DNA of 64,000 nucleotides from Octopus sinensis (lineage: Eukaryota). Below, piece by piece: positions 21,721 to 33,672 of the stretch. Each line of letters opens with the position of its first letter. The stretch's first letter is position 1. A program made the translations under genes and the position numbers. The notes under the pieces were generated by a model. It saw only the letters and a list, made by a program, of their open reading frames with translations. It did no database searches and was not told the DNA's origin. The stretch is from contig NC_043017.1 of NCBI RefSeq assembly GCF_006345805.1, positions 5,332,001 through 5,396,000 on the forward strand, in the 5' to 3' direction.

Positions 21721-24700
21721 ACTACTTATGGTCACTCAACTCATCCATCCCAATATTTTCTAAATAATAATCTTGTACAGTTTTATTCCATCTTAAATAA
21801 GTTGTGACCTTCATGCCTTTTCCAAAAGGTTTTACTTGGTTCATCTCTCTACTCCACATACAGATAATATTCAGTCAAGTGTTTAATCAAAGTGCATCAT
21901 TCTTGATTCGGTTTCTCTTGATTTTTCTGTCTAGTTCCCAGACTTTTGGCCAAATTCTTTTATACTTTTACTTGTTTCAGTCATTTGACTGCAGCCATGC
22001 TGGAGCACCACCTTTAGTCAAACAAATCGACCCTAGGACTGTGGCAGTAGGGTAAGAACCCAGTACACACTGTAAAGTGGTTGGAAAACCAAGCAGTGAT
22101 AATGCAGGGTGGAGAGAATTCTTTAGACTTGCTGAATTTGTAAACCTAGTACTTATTCTATCGGTCTCTTTTGCTAAACCACTAAGTGACGGGGACGTAA
22201 ACACACCAACATCAGTTGTTGAGTGATGGTGGGGGGACAAATACAGACACAAATAACACACACATACATATATAAATGATGGGCTTCTTTCATTTTATGT
22301 CTACCAAATCCACTCACAAGGCTTTGGTTGGCCTGAGGTTATAGTCAAAGACACTTGCCCAAGGTGCCACGCAGTGGGACTGAACCTGGAACCATGTGGT
22401 TGGGAAGCAATCTTCTTACCACACAGCCACTCCTGCACCTATTTCAGCTTTGATGTTTAACCCTGGGTGGACTGAGCCAGAGAATGGCTCTTTCCCAAGA
22501 ACTTGAAACTGAGTCAGTGACTAAACCACAAAAGCTTCACCTAGTTTCTGCTAGTGATGAGGAATCGGTTATTTCAGAATCAGGCCTAAATTAGTTTGAT
22601 CTAGAACTTCATTGCCTTGTCTCCTAAGCAGTTGACATTATCATCATTCTCATCAATATTATTTTAAGAGCAGGAAGCTGGCAGAATCGTTAGCATGGTG
22701 GACAGAATGCTTAGCGGTATTTTGTTCTGAGTTCAAATTCCGCCGAGGTCGACTTTGCTTAGTTTGTTACACACACACATACATATATGTGCATGCACAC
22801 ACACAAACACATGTGCACACACACACACACGTAGTCTTGCAAGCTACATGGAAACTTCACTAGTGCTGTTAATATGGTGGCACAACAAACCAGCCAGTAC
22901 ATGCTATAAAGTGGTTGGCATTAGAAAGGGCATCCAGCCATAGAAACACTATCAAAGGAGACACTAGAGAACAACACAGGTCTTAGAACCATCAGATTCT
23001 GTCAAATTGTCCAACCCATGCCAGCATGGAAAAAAGATGTTAAATGATAGAATATTCATACATACACTAAGTTTTACATATTTCCTTAAGATAAACTTTG
23101 TGAAGTATTAAAGCACTTCTCACTTTTCACTCTGCTTTATCTGTAAATGTCATAAAATATGCGAATATGCTTACAGATCTGTTCTTTATAGTTGTGTAAA
23201 CTGAAGCAGGTAGAATTAAGTGTACTGCTCTTGTGCATAAAATATCTGCTGCATTTTAAACACAACCCTGCAAATCTTATCTTATATCAAACACTATCAT
23301 CTTCATCTTCATCATCATTATCATCTATATGAATTCCATGTAGGTAAGCACACATTAGATGCATTGTCTTGGCCCAAAGGACTTTTTACTCAGAATTACT
23401 GGTCTCTGGGACAGGGGGCCACATCTTGCGTTTTGGGCCAGATTTTACGATTGATGCTAGTCTTCATTTCTAACACCAATCACTTTACAGAGGTTGTCAT
23501 ATCCTCGAGAAAACTAAAAGAGCCCTTCAGATTATGCTGTGACACTCTGGGTGAGAGAGAGAGAGTGTGTGTGTGTGTGTGTTTGCATACATACACCTAC
23601 CCCAGCCTTTCTCTTCTATTCTTGTAGGTTTTATATATACATGGGGGTTGCTGAAAAGTTCCTGGCTTTGAGTAAAAGAAAATGCAAGAGGATCAGTTAC
23701 TTATGATTTTATTCAACATATTCCCCTCTCAGATTCACACACACACATATATATATCTATATATATACACAAAGAGAGAGAGAGGGAGAGAGGATGTTCT
23801 TGTTTTTGTGGGGTGGTGATATAATAGAGAGTATGCAATACATGTTGTAGAGTATATGAGTTATTTATACTGAACATCTTTCATGCAACTCAAGTTTCAT
23901 GCCAAAGCAATCTCCAGGTGAGATCTCATTGACTGCTGTGTTGCAAGAAAGTCGGTCCAGCTCAAGCTTAGAGTCCTAGTAGACCAGTGCTTCATCTCAG
24001 TTTCCATTGCATTTAAGTATCGGAGAGTATAAGACTGAACTGGAAAGCAAGGATGCTAGTTAATTGCAGGGTTGACTCTGCAGCTGCTGCTGCTGATGCT
24101 GCTACCATTTTTCATCTGAGTGGCTGAAGTGGCATTTACAGACAAGTGGACTGAGCCAGAGCAAGTCCTGGCAGCACATCGGGTCCTCAAAGATCTGATG
24201 CATTGCCATGTTCAGAAATCAAGCCCACCACTTAATGATTGCAAGTCCAACATCGGAACCAATATACTATGTGCTTTCACACACACACAAATACATACAC
24301 ACACTGAGCTAGCTTCCTTTGTCGTCAATGTTGCTTTTTTTTTTTCTTCCTTACTGTCTTTTGCCCACTCCCCCCCTCTCCAGTAATTACCTTAATTACT
24401 ACCTGCTAATTGTTCGCTCAATATTGCTATATTGTCTATTTTGCTCTGATGTGGTCATGGTTACTTGTGTATTCTTCGTTCTTTCTTTCCTTGATTCAAG
24501 TTCCACAACCACATCCACCCAGCCCTCCACCCACGACCCACTGCCCCCTCCCCTGTTACTGCGTATTTTTCTCTGTTTTATTTTTTTTGTTTACTATGTT
24601 ATATTTAGTTATTTCTAGTTTCTCTTCATCAAATATGTTGAAAAGCAGTGGTTGTTTATACCTCTGCGGCCACCTGGACTGTGGTCATTTGTATCTTTCT

Positions 24701-24856
24701 AGCCATCCTCTGGACGGTATCTATTTGTATCATTCTAGATAAAATAAATAAATGTTCCTTCTCGAGCCATGCCAGGCTCATAAGGGACGGTTTCCTGGTT
24801 TCAGTGGTGTAGAAATTCACCACCTGGATGGGACGCCAGTCCGTCGCAGGATTACT

Positions 24857-25620
24857 CTGCTGGAGGAATATCTCAGTGGCATACAGCTGGAGGAATATCA
24901 CAGTGGCACACTGCTGGAGGAGTATCTCAGTGGCACACTGCTGGAGGAGTATCTCAGTGGCACACTGCTGGAGGAGTATCTCAGTGGCACACTGCTGGAG
25001 GAATATCTTAGTGGCATACAGATGGAGGAGTATCACAGTGGAACACTGCTGGAGGAGTATCTCAGTGGCACACTGCTGGAGGAGTATCTCAGTGTCACAC
25101 TGTTCGAGGAATATCTTAGTGGCATACAGCTGGAGGAGTATCACAGTGGCACACTGCTGGAGGAGTATCTCAGTGGCACACTGCTGGAGGAGTATCTCAG
25201 TGGCACACTGCTGGAGGAATATCTTAGTGGCATACAGCTGGAGGAGTATCACAACGGCATACAGCTGGAGGAATATCACAGTGACACTGCTGGAGAAGTA
25301 TCTCAGTGGCACACTGCTGGAGGAGTATCTCAGTGGCACACTGCTGAAGGAATATCTTAGTGGCATACAGCTGGAGGAGTATCACAACGGCATACAGCTG
25401 GAGGAATATCACAGTGACACTGCTGGAGGAGTATCTCAGTGGCACATCACTCAATGAGTATTTTAGTGGTATACTGCCAGTGGAGCATGTCAGTGGAAAA
25501 CTGCTGGAGGTGTATCGTAGTGCTACATAGATGGAGGAGTGTATTGGTGGCACAGTGCTGGGGGAATGTTTCAGTGCTGCATTACTGGAGGAATACCTCA
25601 TTGATGCATTGCTGGAGGAT
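24857..25620. repeat. 27-bp GC-rich minisatellite with higher-order structure, about 22 conserved units then decayed
   Basis: Unit CTGCTGGAGGAGTATCTCAGTGGCACA and variants; preceded by a SINE-like fragment at 24765-24855. Confidence 0.95.
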
Positions 25621-28021
25621 TAACTGATTTCTGATTTGACTAAACCAACCCATTTGATGGAAGCTAAAAACCAGTGTCTGAGAAAATTCATTACAGTGTA
25701 TGCTGGCAAAAGTTATTTAATGAAATTCATAAATTTGAAAGCTGTACCCCTTGAGGAGACAAGAATCTTGACATCACAAGCATAATTAATTACTAACATC
25801 ATAATTGTTTTAGAATCTGTAAGGTGGTGAACCTAGCAGAATTGTTAGCTTGTCGGACAAAGTGCTTAGCAGTTTTTCTTCCAGCTCTTTACATTCTGAG
25901 CTCAAATCCCACCAAGGTCAGCTTTGCTTCTTGTCCTTTCAGGATCTATAAACTAAAGTACTATCCAAGTACTGGAGCTGGTGTAACTAACTAGCCCTTT
26001 CCCCAGAAATTTTTAGGTCTTCTGTCTACAGTAGACAATTATTGTTTCAGAATTTGTTGTTTAATAGCAGTGGTGATAAAAAAAAAATCTCAAGAGAACT
26101 GAACAGTAGACAGTTTTCAGAGAAGGACACTCAGACAAGTGTTTTGGACCTTAATTTCTTACACTGTAAGGGGGCCAGGCTTCACTCAGGTCATGACTCC
26201 TAGATACTCATCTGCTGACCCTTTTTAGCCACTTGGGTGTTGGACCTTTGTGCATTGAACAACATTGATAACTTAATCTAAATTTAATCTACAGAACAGA
26301 TGTAGCTAAGCAAAGATTAATTTATTCTGTGTTATGATAGACAAGATATGATTGTTAATATTAACAAGCAATTAAGGATGAAGACATCGGGCCTCTGATA
26401 TTGTCATCAATAATGTTGACTGCTTGTTGGGGGTGGATTTATTTGGCTGAGCTGAAAAGAAGTGCTCAAATAATTAAACTCAGTCATTGGTTCAAGAAAT
26501 TCTTCTGGTTTCTGTTTTGTGTAATTCAAGATTGTTTTGTTTAATTCCTGTTTGTCTTAACCTGTCCTCTTGAGACAAGGACTTACGATTTACAAAGATG
26601 GTATTTTCTTGGGGGAAGATTTAACTGCCTTATTTGGCAAACATCTACTCTAAATAAATCAGAGAGATACTTTAGGTATAAAATTGACACCTATACACTT
26701 TATAGATGCTCCACATACGATAGACATTTCTACATCATACAGAAGACGTGTGTGTGTATGTATATATATATATAGATGCACTTAGTATATATAGTGGGCA
26801 TCTTTATAAAATGTAGACACTATAGACATATAGAGTAGACGTCTATATACCATACAGATGCATTAGGTATATAGATATTTATATACTATTCATATGATAT
26901 AGATTTGTCAATTAAGGCTACCATTGGTTTCATGTTAAGAATGGTGCTCAGCTCCTTCGTTCAACATTTGTGTGTGTGTGTATATATATATATCCTTGTA
27001 TTTTTTTTTATTTGTCTCAGTCTTTGGGCTGCGGCCATGCCAAGATGTCACCTTGAAGGGTTTCGTTGAACAAGTCAACCCCAGTTCTTATGTTCTTTCC
27101 CCACTTTTATTTTAAAACCTGGTGCTTATTCTGTTAGGGCCCTTCTGCCACACCACTTAGTTATGGGGATGTAGTGTTGGTGGATAAACACACACACACA
27201 CACAATACGGGCTTCTTTCAGTTTCTGTCTACCAAATCTACTCACAAGGCTTTGATCAGCCTGAGGCTAAAGTAGAAGACACCTGCCCAAGGTGCCACTC
27301 AGTGGGACTGAACCCAGAACCATGTGGTTGAGATGCTAACTTCTTATTACACAGCCACACCTGAAAATATATATATACACACACACCATAGGGATGCTCT
27401 AGGTATATACAGTTGCCCCTTCTATACTATATAGATGTTACCTTCAAGATACACAAAGTGTATACCTTTGACATCTGTGTACCATATAGATAGATAGATT
27501 AATATATATAGAGAGAGATAGACCTATAAGCTCTTGGTTGGCATCTGTATATTGAATGGATGTTTTTGGTATATACAGTAGACATCTTCATATCCATGTA
27601 GATACTAGGAATTGTAAATAGAGTTGGAAGCTTTGACCAGTCCAAGGGTCATTTAGCAAAGAAGCAATGTCTTGACTTCTTACAAAGAAAAGACAACCAT
27701 CTTCAGAGTCTTGCAAACAAGGATCATATTGAAAGAGAGTAAAAACTCTCTGTTCTTCAAAATTTCTTCAAAATCCATTGAAGAAAATCTTGTGTGATCT
27801 CACCTGAAGAAAATCTTTTGCGATCTCACCTGAAATGTTTTCATTTCACTTATTTGCATTCTCAGTTTGAAGATGGTCAGAAGGAGATGATGAAGGGTGG
27901 GGGGAGAGGGTTGTACCTGGGATTGTTTTTGTATTTTTTTTTTGTTTTTGTTTTCCTCCACCCTTTCTCTCCTGTTGCCTTTCCTTCCTGTTGTCAAACG
28001 ATCATCTTTTTTCACATCCAG

Positions 28022-28197
28022 CAATAACCAATATGTTATATCTTGTTTGTAGAAATCAAACGAACCAAGTCTCCCCCTCTGCACCACCTGCCAAAGATTC
28101 TCTCTCCTCACCCAAGCTTCCCCGTTTTCCCCACCGCTCTGCTCCTCCCAAATTAGTTAGGCCGCCTCTGCCGCCACTCTTCCACATCATTTACTGA
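28022..28197 (+). CDS. Candidate alternative terminal exon(s) of the RasGAP gene (two phase-2 acceptors)
   Basis: Long pyrimidine tract then CAG at 28019-28021 gives R-NNQYVISCL*. TAG at 28050-28052 as acceptor gives R-NQTNQVSPSAPPAKDSLSSPKLPRFPHRSAPPKLVRPPLPPLFHIIY*. No homology or expression support. Confidence 0.35.
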
Positions 28198-29187
28198 CGA
28201 GTGTTTTTTTTTTCTTCTTTTCTCTCTTTTTTTTTTTTGTTTGTTTACAATTTTTTTTTATTCCTCCATCAAGCTCCGACACTTGTGAGACACTTGTGAG
28301 TAATGTCGCTGTTGTATCTGAGTGGAAGACAAAATGAAGACAACCTCTGCCTGGTGAGATATATAATACATCAAACAAATACTGCATTGTTATTTGAAGA
28401 CATTTTGACCTTTTTTTCGTTAATTTCTGACCCCCCTTTCACACTGCCCCTAACCCAACCATCCCACTCCCCGGACCTCAACCCTTGCCTAGTATTTTTG
28501 TTTTTTCATTAAAAAACTCCCTTTCTTGTATTATTTTTTCCTTCTTTTAGTTTCGCAATTGTATTGTTGCATGTCTCTTATGCTCTCTTTCTTTCTCTCT
28601 TCCTGCTCTTTATTTTGCTACAATATTGCTGTAATCAAAGCCTTAATAATTAATCCGTCCACCTCTCTCCGTCTCTCTCCATCTCTCTTTCTCTAGCTAA
28701 CTCTTTACCCCTTCCCCCCCGTTTATCTGCCAGTAGTCTTCAGCGCTTAACAAACTCTTCAACATTTTTTTTTCTGCAAATCTGTCTCAATAATCACACC
28801 AGGCTGTTTGCATGTTTCTAACACAACAGGGAGGGATTCAGTGTGCCTTGACTCTCCTGTTTTGTCAAAAAAACAAGAAAAAAAAAGCATGATTTTGTTG
28901 CAATATTAGGGGTTTTTTGCTGCCCTTAGTTTATTGTTTTCTTTTTATTTGTAATTAAAAATCTCTGTGCACCAATTTCAGATAAAAAAATTTTTTAATC
29001 CTCTTACAGTATTTGAACTCAGTATCTAGTGTTTACTGGACAATATATAATCCTATTTACACTACATTTCAATTCCTTACTCTCTCTCTCTCTCTCTCTC
29101 TCAACAGTGCTGGTTCTTAATTTTTTCATCTGAAATTGATGTTTACAAAAATATATTGCTTATATAGAAAAATATGAACCATTAAAT

Positions 29188-29218
<31 letters not shown>

Positions 29219-29299
29219 CTGGTAATAGGTTCCCTATTCATTCTGCCTGATTTCTCTTGCAAAACTTATATGCATTTAAATCGATTTTTTTAAAAACAT

Positions 29300-29330
<31 letters not shown>

Positions 29331-29700
29331 TGCAGTCTGTAGCTTTCAAAAACATTTGCTTTTATTCTTAATATTTCACATTTATTCTAATAACCCCCAA
29401 GAAGGCAAAAAATATAACAAAACCAAATATTTCTTTTCTAAAAGCAACAAATTACAGACATGAAGACACTAATTCAAACCAAGCTACCCTCCCTTACTTT
29501 TTTTTTTTTTTTTTTTTTGCAGTAAGAAAATATTTTAAGCATTTCGTCCGTCTTTCTGTATCTGAGTTCGAATTCTGCTGAGGTCGACTTTGCTTTTCAT
29601 TTTCTGGGGGTCGATAAAATAAATACCAGTCAAGTACTGGGGTCAATGTAATCGACTATCCCCTTCCCCCCATATCTCAGGCCTTGTGCCTATCATAAAA

Positions 29701-29734
<34 letters not shown>

Positions 29735-31071
29735 CTCAGAGCTTTTGTTTCTTTATTGCTTAGTGTGGCACCATGTGGCAGATTATTATTATTTTTCTTT
29801 GTTGATATTAACAGATAGAAGTGGCTTCGTTTTTCTCATTGTAGGTTGCCTCTACTTGCTTCTTAAACTTCATTTAATATTGCTGCTTTTTATCTTTCTA
29901 TATAAACTTACATGTGTGTCTATATATAAATGTATTTATATATGTCCAACTTAACACGGATGTGTTGTTAGAACACTGAATACTGAATCATTGGCCTTAA
30001 CCCTTTTGTTACTGTATTTATTTTGAGATGCTCTGTGTTTCTTTCAATTACTTTGAATATAACAAAGAATTTAGCAAAATAATTTAGTTATCATTCAGCA
30101 AGTCTTAGGAACATAAATTGTGACTAAGGTTTGGTGGAAGATTTTACTTCAAAACTTATGAAAATAAGACATTTGTACTACAGAGCCAGTTTCAGCCGGT
30201 GTAACAAGCAAGACTCATCTGTCTTAGCCGCTGAAATTCCCAAATCATGTGATTGCAAAAGCCTGCTGGTCATTTGTAATATCACTGTCTGAAGAGATGC
30301 TGATATTTTATAGATCATAGCAGTGAGATTTGACTGGTATGTGGTGACCGGATGCCTGTCACTGATGAATTACCACTAAAATGAAATCACACGATACAGG
30401 TATTCTGTTGCTAGTGACAGACAATTCTCATCTACTACAATCTGTGTGCGTGTGTGCTTTTCTGCACCAAGCACCTATAAGGGAGGACCTCTCAAGGCTT
30501 ATAATACAGTATTGGGTGTTCTAACAACACATCCATGTTAAGCTGGATATAAAGATTACATCCTAATATTGATACTGCTTCTGTTGCTAATAATTTAAAT
30601 GTATATTTGCTGTTTCGAATGTGGTAGCTTCACAGTTAACTGATGTTTTGGATTATATGTTGTTTGTTCTACTTCTAATCAATTATTCAACACAATTTGT
30701 CTTCTCATGTTCTTTTGGCTCAAGATATTTGTACGTACGTATATATAAATTTACATATAAGTAAAAGAAATGACACAGGAAAAACACAATGGTTATGTTA
30801 TAAACTTTATTTGCTTTCAGCTGTTTCTGCTGTAAAGGCAGAGGATTCATAGAAAGTGATTCGAATATACATACATATATATATGTGTGTTTGAATTGTT
30901 TCCAGAATGTATATCCGAGAGCACAATACAATGGGAAATTCACTTGAGCTCTTTATCATAACATAACATATTACATAATCTGTACATCTGTTTCACTAGC
31001 ATATACTTAAAGTGTTTTACTGAATGTCTCATTTATTCTGCTCTTGGGTGTGTATATATATGTATATATAT

Positions 31072-31122
<51 letters not shown>

Positions 31123-31457
31123 TGTATAATATAATTTTAAGGTATTTGGTTTCTATAAATGGATGAAATGTTCAAGAATATTTTTACATAACCATTGTGT
31201 CATTATTATTGTTACTGCTGTCATTATTATTATTATTATTATTATTGTTGTTGTTATAAGTTGGTAAGACCGCAGAATCATTAGCACACCGGGCAAAATG
31301 TTTAGTGCCATTTCGTCCGTCTTCATGTTCTGAATTCAAATTCTGCCGAGGTCGACTTTGCCTTTCATCCTTTCAGATTCAGTGAAACATTAGGGGTCAG
31401 TGTAATTGGCTAGCTTCCTTCTACCGAATTTCAGCCCTTGTGACTGTAGTAGAAAGG

Positions 31458-31493
<36 letters not shown>

Positions 31494-32269
31494 TCTATTG
31501 TTTTTGTTATAAGTTGGCAAGATTGCAGAAATATCCATCTTTGTGTTTTGGGTTCAAATCTTGCTCAGCTCATCACATTCTCTTTCATCCTTTCAGAATT
31601 GCCAAAATAAGTACCAGTTATGCTCTGGGATTGATGTACTCAGCTAGCCTCTTCCTACCAGATTTTAGGGCCTTGTGCCACGAGCTTTGCTTTTCATCCC
31701 TTAGGTGTCGATGAAATAAGTACCAGTTACGCACTAGGGGCCGGTGTAATCGACTAGCCCCCCCCCCCTTTCCTCTCCCCCAAAGTTTCAGGCCTTGTGC
31801 CTTTAATAATAGAAAGAGTCAGCAAACACGGCTGAAACAGTACAGCTAGAACAAAAACAAAATATCTCGTAGTGTATTTTGCTACATCCATTTTTTATGT
31901 TTATTGTTCAAATTCTGTGAGGTTACATGCTCTTTTCGTCCATCTGGGGTTACAATCAGATAAGTACCGGGATCAATGGCCCCCTAATTGGTGTAGGAAA
32001 TTTGGCTATTGGATGAAACAGGTAGCAATATAGAAGACTAGTCTCTGGTCTTCCATAGTTTGTCTTGTTCTGATTGCCAGAAATCCTAACAGGTTTCCAA
32101 TGTCTTTTTTCTCCTCTATGAAATTTGTGTGTGTGTGTAACTGTTGTTTTTTAATTATGCATACGCCCCCCCCAACCCCCACTCACACACAAAACCTGGG
32201 AGTTTCCATTAAACCCACTTTGTTGTAGTGATTGAGATATTAAGATAATGTTTAGCTTTTAACATCATT

Positions 32270-32291
32270 TAGTGTGTATGTATATATGGGA

Positions 32292-32332
<41 letters not shown>

Positions 32333-32481
32333 GTACACACACGTGTGTGTATATGTATGTATATGTATGTATATGTGTATATATATATATGTGCATGTAT
32401 GTGCATAAATGTGTGTATGTATGCATATATACATGTATGTGTATATATATATGTGAATGTATGCATATATATATATATATA

Positions 32482-32515
<34 letters not shown>

Positions 32516-32522
32516 TTGTATG

Positions 32523-32557
<35 letters not shown>

Positions 32558-32560
32558 TAT

Positions 32561-32591
<31 letters not shown>

Positions 32592-32800
32592 GGTATGTAT
32601 ATATATATATTTGTGTGTGTGTATATATATATATATATAGAATGATAGAAATAAAACTCTCCAAGACAGTGCTCCAGCATGACTGTAATCAAATGACTTA
32701 AACAGGTAAAAGAAGGAAGATAAAGGTGTGTATATATGTGTATATATATGTATATATATAGACACACAAACGCACACACACACACACACACACAAAACTT
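32270..32800. repeat. Compound TA/TG/CA microsatellite
   Basis: Directly visible. Confidence 0.95.
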
Positions 32801-32875
32801 CAGTGTGTATGAAGTCATTATCAGGCTCTCCCATCTAGAGCTCTTGAAAACGACAGCAGTAGCAAAGTAGTGCAA

Positions 32876-32920
32876 GGGTGGGGGAGGAGTGGGGGATATT
32901 TCAGGGGTGCGGGGGTGGGG
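32876..32920 (+). other. Putative G-quadruplex-forming sequence
   Basis: GGG-T-GGGGG-AGGAGT-GGGGG-ATATTTCA-GGGG-TGC-GGGGG-T-GGGG: six runs of three or more G with short loops. Confidence 0.6.
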
Positions 32921-33607
32921 ATTAGCAATGCACTCAATGTTCTTCACACTGTACCAATCTGTTGCCGCTGCCATTTCCGATTGGCCAGTTTAACTGTACT
33001 ATATTAGTACAACACAGCAACCTTCAAGAATAATAACTGTTTTATCTACAAACTATTTGATGATGATGATGTTAATGATGATGCCGTACCAATTAGAAAG
33101 ATTGCTGGTTGTGGTATTTTACCCAGGGGCTTGTCACTATTTTCAAAAATAAGATATGGAATTACAGGAAATCTTATTTTATGTTATAAGTGGTAGATAT
33201 GAGTTGGAAGGATGTGTTTGCTTAATAGGGAGTTGTTTCAGATTCATGGTAAGGAGAAACAGCCTCTCGTGTTCTTTGAGTTTTGTCATCGGTGATGCTA
33301 TATATGTCATCATCATCATTGTTGTTTAACGTCCGTTTTCCATGCTAGCATGGGTTGGAGGGTTCAACCGGGGTCGGGGAAGCCAGGAGGCTGCAGCAGG
33401 CTCCAGTCTGATCTAACAGTGTTTCTATAGCTGGATGCCCTTCCTAATGCCAACCACTTGGAAAAGTGTCTTTTACTATAGCCTCAGGCTGACCAAAGCC
33501 TTGTGAGTGGATTTGGTAGATGGAAACTGAAAGAAGCCCATTATATATATCTATATGTGTATACCTTTGTGTTTATCGCACTGTAACTGCTTAGTTCATA
33601 TATATAT

Positions 33608-33672
<65 letters not shown>

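Noticed and set aside
24656-25627. Repeat-protein ORFs (LLEEYLSGT, CWRSISVAH, QQCATEILL) and a possible CRISPR array
   Set aside because: Five frames are open because the unit lacks stops; the only nearby acceptor (weak GAG at 24766) leads to an early stop; there are no unique spacers or cas genes and the DNA is eukaryotic.
32252-32974. Minus-strand 240-aa ORF starting MAAAT
   Set aside because: After about 55 codons it enters TA/CA microsatellite; no recognisable domain.
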